From assembly GCA_028023455.1 (NCBI GenBank), contig JAQFVV010000009.1, forward strand, positions 15,252,001-15,316,000: a DNA stretch of 64,000 bases. Reading direction: 5' to 3'. This DNA is from Epiperipatus broadwayi (lineage: Eukaryota > Animalia > Onychophora). Below the pieces are notes generated by a model. That model worked only from the letters and a program-made list of their open reading frames with translations, made no database searches and had not been told where the DNA came from. Made by a program: the position numbers and the translations under genes. Below, one piece after another: positions 1 through 14,904 of the stretch (position 1 is its first letter; every line of letters begins with the position of its first letter).

Positions 1-370
1 AATTAATGAAGAGAACTTTTAGTAAATAATAATAAAAATCTTAATTAAATCATCTCTATAATTATTGATTACTGTATATAAAATAATAAATTAAAAATAA
101 ATAAAAGGCTGTGAACATTTAACTGAGATTTTTTGTTCAAGTCTCTGTAATTATAAATGTCTTGTTCCAGTTTTTGTCTAAATAACCTATAGAAATATCT
201 ATGAAGTCATAGAACAACTGTCTTTTTAAATGAGAAAGAAGCAGATGAAGGAAAATCTTAAACGCAGAGCCTGTACTTTTTTTATGAGCCTATGAGCAAA
301 CTGGATAGTATAAATTCTAAGTATCACATTAACAAATCTTAATATTTATTTTATATCTAAAAATATATAT

Positions 371-1150
371 TTAACTATCCTTATTATAAATTATACATAT
401 ATGTATCATACAGAAAAGAAAAATTCAATAATAATAATATTTAGCCAAAAGTGCTTTCAATACTGTGTAGAGAATCATGGGGGTTTGACTAAACTGACCA
501 GTTAATAATATTCCAGTACATACTCAATGAGACACTCGTGTTTTATTGATTAACAATGTTATTAGAATTGGCAACAAACCAGGCTTCTTTTATTTCCTCT
601 TTCTATCATTAGTCTCATTGCAAACAGCATTAATTATCTGAGATAAAATTCATGTACAGTATTTCTTTCATGATTGGAGGAAACAGAATTAACTTGAAAG
701 TCCATTTTAGACTTTTTATATTGGTAAATGTGTTGTCGTAAATGCAGTGACACACTAACTTTCATCTCCCCATAATAAATGGCATTACAACTTTATTCTT
801 GGCAAATAATTATATATTCAATTTCATACTTATTATTTTGTTCTATCCCATCTTTTGAATTATTGATCACTCTGTTTAGGCATAAGGGTAATCAAAACCT
901 AACATTACAAATGCTTTGCATCTAGGTTTGGCACATAAGCTAAGGAAATTCATGATTTGATTGTTTTATTTTTATCTATGTTGTCTTTAAATTTAGCCCT
1001 ATAACCAGTCAGTTTAGTTAAATTGCCATAATTTTGATACACAGTACTGAAAGCATCTTTGGCTAAATACTACTATCATTATTAAATTTTTCTTCTCTGT
1101 ATGACACCCAGATATACATGTATATACAATTTACACTATAAACAGAGTTA
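371..1150. repeat. Diverged inverted repeat (arms ~371-503 and ~1000-1150, ~500 nt spacer); old MITE/foldback-like
   Basis: tcatacagaaaagaaaaattcaat...tttagccaaaagtgctttcaatactgtgt...gactaaactgacc in the left arm is mirrored by cagtcagtttagtt...acacagtactgaaagcatctttggctaaa...aaatttttcttctctgtatga in the right arm. Confidence 0.6.
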
Positions 1151-4100
1151 TTAATTTATTTATTTACTATCTCTACTGTGTATTTTTTAACAGGGGCTAT
1201 ATTTAAACTATATAAAAAAAATAGAAGACAAAAACGAAGAGAAAAAAAAATTTCAATTTAGACTTATGAACTTAAAAATTTATTTTTCCTATAATGTTGA
1301 ATTAATCAGATGTTGAAGGGTTAAGATGACAATCATCTTTTTTCTGTTATCACTCTTCCTTTTCCTTCCATTGAACCTTCAGCTTACATTTTTTGCAATT
1401 TATTTTAAAAGTTTTAAAATATTTATTCTTGAATTTTTACAACAAATTATGTTTGACATATTCTCAATAACTACCTTTCATTAAGTTTTAAAGATAAAAT
1501 ATGTATTTTTATTTCAGGGATAGAACTGGCCTAAGAAAAAGTGGGGCCTCAGGGAGAGGAGTCTTTTTTGCCAATGATAAAAAATACTTAGATATTATTT
1601 AAAAATACTATCTTACTAGCAGATATAGATATATTGAAATTGCACTGATTGATTCTTATAATATATAAATATTTAATGTAAATATAATTTTGTGCAGTTT
1701 TATTGAATGAATATTTGAGAAAACAAAATAAAATACATATAATACAAAAAATTATATTTTATTTTCTTCAATGTTTTATTGCAAATCTGTTAATAACAAC
1801 ATCCTAATTTATTTATTTATTTTTGTATGAATTCTGTTTCAATAAATAAAATACTAAAAAATAGGGTCATTCTTGACTTATGTTGATTTCACATTAACAT
1901 AACCAGAACATTGTGAAACATTTAGGGATACACACTATATATATATACATAACTGAAAAATATACCATTTCCACATAATCAGTGTTTCTGCAATTATATT
2001 ATTTTGCATAGGATATTCAATGTAGGGCCTACAAATTACAGAGTTTGTCAAAAAAGAAAAGAAAATGTTGTTTTATTTTAAGATTTTCACAAAAGATGTA
2101 GATCATACGGGCCTGGGATTTTGATAAATGCAAGACTTGTGCCATCACACTGTTCTCAGGCTGGCTCTAATCATAGGACTAGGAGCTCTGGAATTTAACT
2201 TGCATAAAAGAATTTCCCTACATAATTAGACATAATAGTATGTACTATTTGCAATACACACAATAATAATGAATCTATATTTTAGTAAGCCATAAATTAT
2301 CTAATTGTCTTGTTTATTATTTTATTAATAAAAATTATATGATTACTTTAAAAATATTTTGATTTCTTTGTATTTAAATTTTTTTTCTCAGTTTTTATTG
2401 CTATCACGTCTTGATTAGCATTTATATGTTAAAACAGAAATGTGAAATGAAATAATTCTAAACACTCAGTTTAATTATACATTTCATTTTTAATATTAAC
2501 AAGCTCTTCATAAACATGAAAGAGCTTCATTAAGATGTATAATATACATGCATGTATACTTGCACATCTTTCAATATTACTCATACATTTTGTTACAATA
2601 AGCAATATTACTTGCAACTAAAGAAAACAGACTTTTTCTATGTTGACAGTCTAACACCTATAATAAATATTGCTTTCAAATAGCATTTAAAGTGAACAAA
2701 CAGTTAAATCTAATAGGTAAAGATCTAACACTTAACCTATTAGAAATCATTGGTTTCACCATCACAAGCAAGGTGCTTTAGTAAACAAAGCAATTAGGTG
2801 TGATAGTTGAGATTGAAAGTGAGATTAATGATTTCAAATGGATTTAACATCAATGGATATGAATATCAACGCTGGTCTTCAATAGTATTTATAATACAAA
2901 TTTTCTTTTTCTTTTTAAAAAGAGTTAAAAAAAAAAAAAGAATTTAAATTCTCATTGTCTAACATTCAAGCAGGGCTATTTTTTTTCATGAATAACAACT
3001 TTAAATATAAAATATAGTATTTATTTCTAATATGTTCTTCAATGTCGGACAAAAATTGCTGACAAAAACTGTATAATATATCAAATTATTTACATGGATC
3101 AATTGTATCAACTTTTTTAAAATTGGAATAATAAAAAAAAGAACAAACATGATTGCCACCCATTCGCTCTCCTTTAATAATTCACAATATATATATATGC
3201 ACTATTTCCTCTTTTGGAAATTTAGATTTAAAATTTACTCTTAAAATGATCTCTATCAAATATATTGAAACAAACAGTAATATAAACTTTCGGTCCAAAG
3301 ACAAATTAATTAATGTTAATATTAATTTATAATATTAATTTATACAAAGAACCATCAGGAAGAGTCATTAACATAGATATACTACATCTATACTTGGGGG
3401 AAAAAATAGAGCAACTTCTTTCTAATAAGATTTGCCTCATATATATACATACTGTAACATGGAAAGAGGAAAAAATAAGAAGACTGACAATAGGCTTTTC
3501 TTGATTAAACTATCTATGATCCTAACTTATACAGTACTTTTTATTAGCAAATTCTATTTCTCCTACTCTAGTTTTGTTACTTATTGAATTGCAGAAGAAA
3601 TAAAATTTGTTACTATAAATTATTTATATTGGGTATGTCCACCAAATAATATTTTATTTTTAATATGATGTAATAATATGTGTATTTTTTAAAATCAGTT
3701 ATTATATAAAATCTTATTTTTGATAAATTTACTACTATTAACAAAGATCAAAACATGTAAAGTCATATAGAGAAAAATAACATGAGCTTCTTAGCAGGAT
3801 TCCCTATTTTAGAATAATTATAAATTTAATCTTAAATAATACACACATTGTTATGACTTAATTAAATTTAATAGATTTCAAATCTAATTTATTGCTCTCA
3901 CAATAATGGTGATAAATTTGATTGTTATTAAAGAAATAGATTAGGTAAATTATTCTTTAATTCATTTTTATTATAATACTTCAGTACACAAATAATAATG
4001 ATGATGATAATAATATTAAATATAAAATTATGCAACATGGAAGTGTTTATAATAAAACTAAGTGATAAACTGTAAGCCATCTCAATGTTATTAACAAAAA

Positions 4101-4571
4101 AAAAAAAAGCATATAAAAGATTATGCAAAATCAAATATTTAAATGGTTATTTAATGAACAAATTTCTAAATTTAACTTTAATTACTGAAGTTTTTCTAAA
4201 TTCTCAAATCAGCTTTTGACTTAAAAGCTTAAAATAAAAAATAAAAAGTTTATAGATAATATTTTTATAAGTTTTTTAAACATAAAGAAAATTGAAAAGA
4301 TAATAACAGTAAATTTACTTAAGCATAACTTTCAATAAACAATTATAAAAAAGCCCTGACATATGTAAATGGATTAGTCCATACTAGTATATGCAAGTTG
4401 AAAGATGCATAATTCAAAATTATATATTATGCAAATATTTTATATCTAATAATACTTTTAAAAAAACTTTAAAAAATCCCATAAAATACAAAGGAAAAAA
4501 TGATATAAAATATAAATGAGAAATTCATATATGCTTTGATATAAAACAATATAACTTGGAATGGCATAAGC

Positions 4572-7251
4572 CAGGTATGTTCAACATATGGCCCGCGGGC
4601 CAGATCCTGCCCGCATCATGAGTGTATGTGGCCCCCAGAAGCATTTTTGATTATTGGAAATCGATATATGTAAGTAAGATAGAAACTGCACTTTTTTTTC
4701 TACTTTCCATTGCATCGCAGTTCATAGATTCGCAATAAGTAATTAAAATAAGATTTAGTTTTTTATCCCTTAAATTTTTTATATAAAAGATTTCTTTATG
4801 AATTTTCTTTTTGCTTATCTGGATCAGTAATCTGCATGTCATTTTTATTCTCTCCAATTTTAACTTTAATTAAATTAAATAGATAAATATGAAACAAAAA
4901 CAATTTTCATTGTACGTTATCTAAAAAATAAATTATACTAACTAAAAAAAAAAAAAAAAAATTGCGATTTTAAAAGCTCTTTGTTGTACTTGTTTAAAAT
5001 CGATTTTTATTTTTCTGAATAACCACTCGTAATGATTTTAGTAATACAGTTGTAGTTTTTATAGATATGTTATTGTAACGAACTCAACGAAGCTTTTAAA
5101 CTAGAGCGAGCTTCGATCGCTTTATTGCGAATAAAGCTCTCGTGATTGGATGTAGCTTCTAATTGACACGCCTATACGTTTGCGGTCAATTTTTTTATCA
5201 CTGTAATTTTTTTACGGCGCGCAACTCGCATATTTTAAGCTAAAAATTTTTTTCATTCTAGGGATGACTTCCAGAAAACAAAAAATTGATCTTGAATGCC
5301 ATATATTTAATGAAGAATGGAAGTGGAAATATTTTTTTACTATGTATAATAATAAGATGGTTTGTCTTATTTGCAATTTGAGTATAGCTGTTTTAAAAGA
5401 ATACAACTTGAGAAGACATTTTGAAACAAAACATGCAGGTTACGCACAAAATTTAAATGAAGAAAGCTGAAAAAAACAAGCTGCAGATCTCGAAGTAAAA
5501 TTGACCCGGCAGCAAAATGTATTTACACAGCAAAATCGATTACAAGAATCTACTATTGAAGCAAGTTTTCTAGTAGCAAAACGGATTGCTCAATGTGGAA
5601 AACCTTTTACCGAAGGAGAATTTCTAAAAAAGTGCATGTTGGATGTTTGTGATGTAATGTGTCCAGAAGCTAAACATAAAATTGAAAATATAAGCCTGTC
5701 TTGGCAAACTATTGCCCGAAGAATAGAAGATATGAATGCTAATTTAAATAATCAGTTACTGAATAATTTAGAATTGGCCCATTTTTATGCAATAGCTCTT
5801 GATGAAAGTTGCGATGTAAAGGATACTGCTCAGTTATTAATTTTTATCAGAGTTATTACTGAAGATTTTCAAATTTCGGAAGAACTTTTGTCAATTGTTC
5901 CTATGAAAGACACAACAAAGGGAGAAGATCTTTTCCGAGAGGTTGAAAAATGTTTTTTTAAATACAATATTGACTGGAAAAAATTGGTGAATGTAACAAC
6001 AGATGGATCACCAAATATGATTGGAAAAAATACTGGTCTCATAAGACGAATTGAAGACAAAATTTCTGAAATTGATCCAAATCATAAAATTATACCCATA
6101 CACTGCATTATTCATCAACACGCATTATGCAAAAATATTTTAAAAATCGATCATGTTACAAGCGTAGTTGTGAAATTAGTGAATTTCCTTCGATCAAAAG
6201 GATTAAAACACAGGCAATTTATTGGACTCCTTGAAGAACTAAATACTAGTTATGTAGATGTACTATATCACAATAAAATCCGTTGGTTAAGCTTGGGAAA
6301 AGTTTTAAGACGTGTGTGGGATCTTCAAGAGGAAATAAAAATATTTTTAACACTTAAAGAAAATGAGGATTTTCCTGAATTATCAGAACCAAATTGGATT
6401 TGTGATTTAGCATTTTCTTTGGATATTCTAACACATTTCAACGAATTTAATGTATGTTTACAGGGAAAAAATTTATATGCTCATGATTTAGTACAAAGAT
6501 TAAAATCTTTTCAAATGAAGCTTAATCTTTTTTCTAGAAATCTGGCTGAATGCCAATTTGTTCATTTTCCAACGTTAGAGACCATATCATTAAATATTTC
6601 AAGAGAAAAAGTTCAAGAATTTAATAACAATATCCTTGCACTAATGACAGATTTTGAGCAGCGATTCAATTGCTTCAAGAAAATTGATAAAATTTTATCT
6701 ATTATCCGAAATCCATTTTCTGTACATGTAGATGACGTTCCTGTTGATATACAATTAGAAATAATTAATTTACAATGTGATGAATTATTACATGAGAAAT
6801 ATCAAGAAGAACAAGAAAATGTGTGCAATTTTTATAAGCAATTGAATGATGGAAAATATGGAAATTTAAAAAAACTTGCCAAGGAATATTTAGTAATCTT
6901 CAGCTCAACTTATATTTGTGAACAAACTTTTTCTTTAATGAATCTAAATAAAAGTACAACAAGATCAAGATTGAATGATTTACATTTAGAGGCTGTGTTA
7001 AAAATAGCTACTACAAGTATAGACCCAGATATTAAAAAAATAATAAATGAAACAAAGCGCATCAACAAGTCACATTAGTTTTTTTTGCTAATTTTTTGTA
7101 CTAAATTATTTATTTAATTACATAATAAAATTTTGTTTAATTAAACAAATTGTTTTTGTATTTAACATTTTTAAATTTTAATATTTCATCCTGCATGAAA
7201 AAAGTTTTCTTTCTAATGTGGCCCTTGGACAAAAACTGTTGGCCACGCCTG
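4572..7251 (+). mobile_element. hAT DNA transposon, Buster/SPIN-like, near-intact autonomous copy
   Basis: Imperfect 14-bp TIRs CAGGTATGTTCAAC / GTTGGCCACGCCTG. 8-bp TSD gcataagc (4564-4571) / gtataagc (7252-7259) with central TA. Subterminal ggcccgcgggcc motif. Encodes a transposase. Confidence 0.95.
5264..7078 (+). pseudogene. hAT transposase (GTF2IRD2/SPIN-like, ~604 codons) with one in-frame TGA at 5468-5470
   Basis: ORFs 5264-5470 and 5501-7078 share a frame. N-terminal BED-like Zn finger (VCLIC...LRRHFETKH), ALDESCD, VTTDGSPNM, HCIIHQHAL, RWLSLG, and C-terminal STYICEQTFS dimerisation motif. Confidence 0.92.
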
Positions 7252-10200
7252 GTATAAGCCAAGGTCCTTACTATATTTATTCTATTAGCTTTCTCTCTTA
7301 CCCAAGTGTAATCACTTTCATATTTGTTTTGTTTTTTAGATTTTCATTCATATATAATATAGTATTGAAAATTACACTAAATTTTATTCCTTCTTTATAA
7401 TGTAATACTAGTTTTGGTTTTTGTTCATTTGAAAATGTATTCACTATTGAAATTATAATTTTAAATATATAGATAGCATGAAATATATATTTTTAGTATA
7501 AATTTATCTACCAGGATTAAGCAATTTAAATATGACAATAAAGTCATTGGTCTTTTTTAATTTCTTAGTTTCATGGAACAAAATGATTTTTAGATAAATA
7601 AATTAATACATTTCAAAGTTTGTTCAAAATAATAATATAAATAATTGATCCCTTTTTGAAAACTTTTATTACAAAATAATAAAACAATTAATAATGCTTT
7701 TTTAAGACAATTTATTGAATACATTTTTATTAGTTATATATAATGCAAAGATTTAAAAATATCAAATAAAATAATATTATATAATTATTTTTCTAAATCC
7801 TTTTTTATAAACTACTAAGCCAACTCAGTTGCATTATAATCACTTGTATTGAACTCTACAAAATTATTCATAATGGTGTTGGAATTGTCGGTATATTGAA
7901 AAACAAATTCTTATGATATAAAAGTGATTCTACAAATTAGTCCCATTTTTATCTCTTTCTTGGGAATTATCAATAGATAAAATAACTCCAAAGTGCAAGC
8001 ACCCCCTTGACTATATGAAAAAAGTTGTTTACATTATGTTAGTAAAGGAATGGGATTTTTTTTTAAAGCGATTTCTTTTGTCTTAAAGTTATTTTCATTA
8101 TTTAAAATTATATTATGATTTTAGAAATGTAATGCAATAAAGTTGATAGTATAAATCCAAAGAAAGTGACAAGCATTAATGAGATGGACTACTCCATCAT
8201 ATATAACAGTAAAAGTGTCAATGTGAGCTTGAAAAAACAAATAGATAAGGGCCATTCTAAAAAGATATCATTCAAATTTTCACCAGAAGTTGATTTCAAA
8301 ATAACAGCATCTAATAAAAATAGTAATAATATTTTAAAATATTAGTGCCACATAAGAACATCATTAAGGTACTTAATAGTCAACAGCAGATGAATTTAGA
8401 AATGGTGGCTATCATACGATGAATATAACAAAGGTGATTATTACCAAAATTTTACATTTCATGATCAATTTCTAAGGAGATGTCATGTGGCATTCACGAA
8501 TTAAAATATTCAAGTTACACATAAAAATTGTATTCACCAGAATGTGATTTCTCATCTTTTTTAAAAAATTCCCCTCAGTTAGTGGTCAATCAAGAATGTT
8601 TTTAAGAGGGCCTTGAATTTATCAGTTTTGATACTGAACCAATGATTCAATTAAATTACAAAATATTGAAAAGAATGAAATATTATGCAATATTACAATA
8701 GTAAGAGATTTTAGAATGTTTTAATAATTTTCCAAACTGTGAAGTGATTTTTGGACATTTTGGAAAAAAAAAAATTATTTTGTCTGTATGTATTATTGAT
8801 GTATATTTTTAAAAAGTATTTCTTAGATTTAAAAAAAAAAAAAAAGCTCATTAAATGTTTTAATTGAAATGTAACTTTATATGAAGCAAAAACATGAACA
8901 TTTGGAAAAAAGAGTAAACTTTTGATATATGGATTTGAAGAATATAAAAAAATAAATTGGAAAGATTAAAGTTATTGAAATGTTGATGAGAATAAATGAA
9001 ATGATATTAGTTATGAAAATTATGAAATAAAAAAAGAAATTGATTAAAAATTACTATAGCTGCTGAATACATTGCTTGATCATAGCACTTAACTGCCTAC
9101 AATCTATTTTCATGTCCATTGTCAGTTAACTAAGTTTCAATAATATATATTTTAATTTTTTATTTAGTATATACATATATCTATATAAATACATAAAGAA
9201 TACTTTGTGTGCCACAAATGTATATTACATACTGTTTCCTGCTATGAGCGAATATCAGTATCCATAACAAGATTTAGAATTAAATATCAGAATATAGGAA
9301 AACTACTGGATGCTTATATGTTTGCAGATAGAAGAAATATAATAAAAATATGTTGGATTTGTGAAAGCTAAGAGACAGAAAAAAGAACAAAGAAATTGAT
9401 CTATAATCTAAAAAAAATAAAAAATTATGAGTACAGGGTGCAGAATTATTATATGGAGTCTACTTTTTGGCATATAATTAATGGTAAACGATAATTTTAA
9501 TTTTTAAATTTACACTTTTCTTATATAAAAAAAAAGACAATAAGCTTTTTAATCTTTTACCATAAATTTCATTTATTTGTTAATAGACATTTTACTAAGT
9601 TTCAAAATTATTCAGTAAGACAATTTTGAGATAAACAGCTTCTCCTTAAACAAAGTCAGAAGTTTTTATGCATGAGCTGTATATCCAAAATCTTGAAAAC
9701 AAATTGACCATATCTTTCATCTACTTCTTTATTCTTTATTATCCAAAAATTTTTTCCAGCTCGATTCATTTTTTTTTTCACCCTAGCCCCTTTTAAAAAA
9801 AGCTGTTTAATTAATTCTATTATTCTATTCTATTCTTATATTCTCCAATTTTATATTGTTTTAAACAAAAAATTATAAAGACAACTCTTTCACTCCCTTT
9901 ATTTTTAAATGTTTCTCACTCATAATAGAAATTATCTTGATTCTCCTTCCTCTAAAAAATAAGTGTTTTATATTTCCTATCCATCTCCACATAAACTACA
10001 TCTACTATACTATCCTAATTCTTGTTCATGTTTTTCTTCCTTTCCTGATTTCTAAACCTCTTGCACTAAATAAGAATAAGTTCTCTTTGTTATTCATATT
10101 CTTTCTTCATATTTCTACTTCTTTTTCTCTAATCAATTAATATATCCTCTTTTTCCATCCCTTATAATTATGAACCAATAATATATTCTCTGCACATTTA

Positions 10201-13200
10201 TTTCATTTATTATTATAATGGAATGAGTGAGAATTTATATCAGATTGATCATTAAAATATAATTATTATTTTTAAACTCATTCATATCTTTATATGAATA
10301 TTCCCAAACACTATCATTCCACTCTTTAATATTTTCATTATTTCCAGAAGCTAAAATATATTGTGCCACATAGCCACTTTTCTTTGACTAATTTTCATAT
10401 AACATGATATGTTCTTTACATTTCTTTACACTATTCTCCTTAACAATAATTCTTATCCCCAATACTTTCCTAACTATGATTATGGAGAACAAAACTCTGA
10501 AAGCGCTTAGTTGCAGAAATTGATACTGAAAACCTACAGAAATTATTATATAAAAAAGTTTCACCACAACACATCAGCGTGTTATTAATTAACTGCTTCC
10601 ATTTATATTTTCTGAAAATACAATTTTTTCATCATGTCTTTAATTCTTTATTACTACAATGAACTAATTCCATTGTTCTTTTATACTTTCTTGTATTTTC
10701 ATAAGACCAAATTTTATATTACCACTTTTGGTACTTCTTTTAAATATTCTTTTCTATTTCTTATATATTTGTGTTTAGGAAATTTCAAAGATAAAAATAA
10801 CTATTATATTAGACTTTCTCTGTATATGTAAATTAAAAGTTCATTTATTAGCAATTTAAGATCATTGCTGATTTAATTTCATGCTTTTTATTTAAATAGA
10901 TCTGAATTTCGAATTGCAGTTCATATAGAAGAGGTTACCTCTTGCCTATGCTGTTAAATTCAAACTTTATCTTAGTTTACAAGATAGTGCTACTGAAAGA
11001 AATAATAGTAATGGGGAGTTTAATATATTTTATATTAAAATTTCAGATAGCATTATGCACGGATTCTATTTCATATATATATTCCATTTGTTGTTTTTTT
11101 TTAGTTTAATGAATAGTAAAATTTATTACAAATTAACTCAAGATTTTAGTTTCCCCTCCCCCTTCTTTAATAAATGTAATTTATCTCTTTTAAATAAATT
11201 TCTTTTTCTAATAAATATATTTCATACTTAAAAATTTAATACTATTATTGACCATTTGATAATAGTCTCACCATCTCTGCCCTTTCTTTTCCTTCAAACA
11301 CATAATCATATTTTCATAATGCTTTATTGTTTCATTATGTTTGCTTATCAAATTATTTCCCCCCTCCCCATCACTACAACATTTTATCTTTATTTGTTTC
11401 TTTTAATATCTTAACAGTTGAAATTAAATAAAAACGATGTGACCATAGCTAACACAATACTTTTCAAAATATTAATATGCTTGAATTCAAAACATTATTA
11501 TAATTTAGAATTTCAGATTGCTAGCTTGATAGTGCAAAAAAAAAGTGTATTAGATGCAAATCGAGACATAGTTTAAAACCTATCAATAATTGAGATCTTA
11601 GGTCAGAAAAAACTACTCTGGCAATAGGAATAGGGCAGCATTAAAAAAAGCATTATATGTAGCATCTATTGATTACTCAAACATATAATACAGAGCAGAG
11701 ATGGAAAGGAATATCTAAAATCCTCAAAGAAGGCAACCATATTCTTGAAATCTTAACTCTGTCATTTCTAGATAACATATTTCCACAACCACTAAGCATC
11801 AAATTATCAAATAATACATTCTTAACAGCCCATCTCTCTCAATAAACTTTTTCAATAGGTCAGATCCTGCTCAAATCCTTTGCCTTCAAAATTATTTTAA
11901 TTCAAAGTTATTCCAACCTGCATAAAATAGTTATAACTTTTACCATTATTTTAACCATCTTCATAAATCTTGGACATTTCAATAGTCACTGTTGAAGCCT
12001 TTTTTTGCATTATTAACTTGCTCAGTGCTAGATATAATAATAACAGATAAGTTCTCCATCTAATATATATAACTGAAATAAGAATACAAATTAAGATCCT
12101 AAAAATAACTTTAAAATATAATCAAAATAATTTTCACATTCTAATGTAAAATAGACACTTAAAAATATAATTTGTTAAAAACATGAAAATAGATTTAATA
12201 TTTTTTATAAAAAAAACAAAAACATCTACACTAACTTTTCATAGTGAAAATTTCCCATTCTCTTTTAATATTAAACAGTAAAATAAACAAAAAGGTGAAA
12301 CAGCCATTAAATGTCCCCTATATAGGAGAAAATGAAGACATTTTTCATAAAGTTTTCCCAGTTGCTATATAATAAGGGTTTAAGTTTTTTCCCCTCTTAT
12401 TTTATCACTTAGCTAAAAATATAAAAATACTCTTTACTGACCATTAATTTTACAAGTAGATGTTTTGGCTAGATTTTATCTACCTGAAAAGAAACTCCCA
12501 AGCTTGCTTAAGTCCTGAAAAGACATAGGAAATGAATCACTAATCTTTACATTTTGAGGCCCTGTTATTAAAAGGTCTAAAACAAATTCCATATTGTTTA
12601 AAGTTTGTTATTAAATGATTATCTAAAGTCAACAACATAATTCATAAAATCACCCAAAATTTCAAAGATCTTCACATCTTGACTAATTCAATTGAAAAAC
12701 TAAAGCTATTTCATTGTTATATTTGTAAATTAATCCCCCTTTTGCATCCCCCCCCCCACCCAGTATGTTATTTTTTCTTCCTGCTATTCCTACTAGCTAG
12801 CAATCATTTTCAGAGAGCTATCTTCATATAAAAAGTTAATTTATTAATACTTTTATACCACTGTTAAAAGGTAATTAATATATTTAAACTTTTTTTGTGT
12901 TATAGATGCATGCAAAAAAAATGATATTTCTGCAACAATGCGATATATGTTGACTAAAGCCATGAAATTATGAAGTCAGTAATAATAAACAATAGAATAG
13001 TCTATTGTTCAAAGGTTCATAGGATAAAATGGCAGAACTGAGTCATGATCTGTGGACTTTGAATTCCAAGGTTTGGCAAAAAAAACCGGAATGGATTGCC
13101 AGGAGCTCATAAAAAGTTTGAGAGAGTGATAGAACATAGTCACAATCCATGATTGGAGAGCTTTAAAGTTTGCCACTCTATCACTGCATTAAACTATGAA

Positions 13201-14904
13201 AGGCTATAAAGTCAATAAAAACATTTTTAGTTTACTACCCTCTAAATATTATATGAAAAAATAACAACAAATATTTTATACTAGTCAACTTTTTTCTTCT
13301 GGAACTTACATGTTATTCTATTTTAAAATTATTGGGAAAAAAAAACAACAACAACAAATGTTTTGATTTTTCTGAATTTGTTAAGATATATTGGAAAGTA
13401 GTCAATTAGAATTTTCAGCATGAATTTTTAAAATTGGATCGGAAATATGAAATCCTTTAGAATAAGTTTGAACAAATCTTTTAAAGAGAAAATTAAAGCT
13501 TTCATCGTTAGGATTTTTTTTTTAAAAGTAAATTGGTAGTTTCTTCTAAAATCCACAAGGCATTTTTAAAAAAGCCAACTCTGATATTGATAAAATTTTA
13601 AGCAAAAAGTAATGACTTATTATTAATTTGAAAATTATTTATTTTTACCTTAAATAAAAAAAAAAAAGATGCAACTTGCAATTTAGAAGTGAAAAGTTAA
13701 ACAATAACAAAAATTATTTAATTTAGAAAAAAAAATCAATTTAGTGTTCTTTCCCTTTTTTATATATATTAATTTTCTATTCTCTTTCTTGCTTAACGGT
13801 AATTTATTGTCAATCTTGCAACAACAGATTCTGTAAATCTTCTCTTAACTTTATATAAAACAGATTTCTTCTCTATGAATGAATAGTGAACTTTTATTAT
13901 TGTTTTTGGCTTAGTGGAAAAAGTATTAAGACAGCTGCTACCTGGTGAGAGAAAGAAAAAATCTATTACAATTTTTTTAGTAACTCCCAACAGCTGCATG
14001 AGCACTAAAAATGTAGAAATACAGACACAATCAGAACATTTGTAAGACAGTTAATAAAAATATTGAAAACTGAGTGCAATAAATACAGCTGTGTAGGGAA
14101 AAAAAAGCATTTGGTTGTAAGTAGAATTTCTTTAAAATATTACATAATTATTTTAAATGCGTTATAGATTATATAATAATAAAATTCGAATTCTAGGAAC
14201 AGAATTAGAAAACTGCTTGCTTCTATCATTAATTTATCTGTTTTGATCTATACTTTTCTTTGCGTTTTAAATAATTTGAATATCTGCTACTTAAAACTTA
14301 AAATAGAGGTACTATAATAAAAGATAAAAAGCGAAAGAAAATTAACAGAAATAATGATCAAGTGTTAGATTAAGTTGTTATTACCTTCAAATGGGAGTAT
14401 GCAAATAGTAAATTGATTACAATAGTTCCATTCAAGTGACCAAACACTTTTTTTTTGACATTACATATACTGTTAATTCCCAAATTTGCTATTCTACAAC
14501 TAGGACAAATGAACAAAATGAAGCATTAACAAGATGAAACAGTATTTCTAAGTAGCAGCAATAACTTCAAAATTTCTTTGATAAGAATAGAGATAAGCAA
14601 AAAAGCATCACGGCTATAAGTGATAGGCATTTGAGGAGGTTTCAGAATAGAGAAAATTTAAAGCAAACTGAAGCATAATCTAGTGAGTGAGACAGAAATA
14701 AAATATTGTTCTTTTTTTTTTTTCATTTACACTAAAACTTTTAAAGTGTTTATAATGGCAAGTGTTTAATAGACATTAATTTATGAAAATAAAATTATGG
14801 CATACATAAATGCACATAGTGATGATAAACAATTTGATAACAAAATGCAAAAAATATTCATACAAATGATAAAATTACAATTTAAAGAGACAATAAATAA
14901 TATA

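Noticed and set aside
1521-2169. Possible old hAT MITE (tagaactggcct / aggctggctcta ends)
   Set aside because: The TIR match is only ~9/12 and there is no TSD.
8180-8420. Minus-strand LDAVILKSTSGENLNDIFLEWP resembling a BEL/Pao RT motif
   Set aside because: Too short and isolated, with no supporting flanking motifs.
9780-12100. Possible decayed Gypsy integrase/RNase H with a polypurine tract on the minus strand
   Set aside because: Only vague compositional resemblance. No diagnostic motif could be read through the stops.
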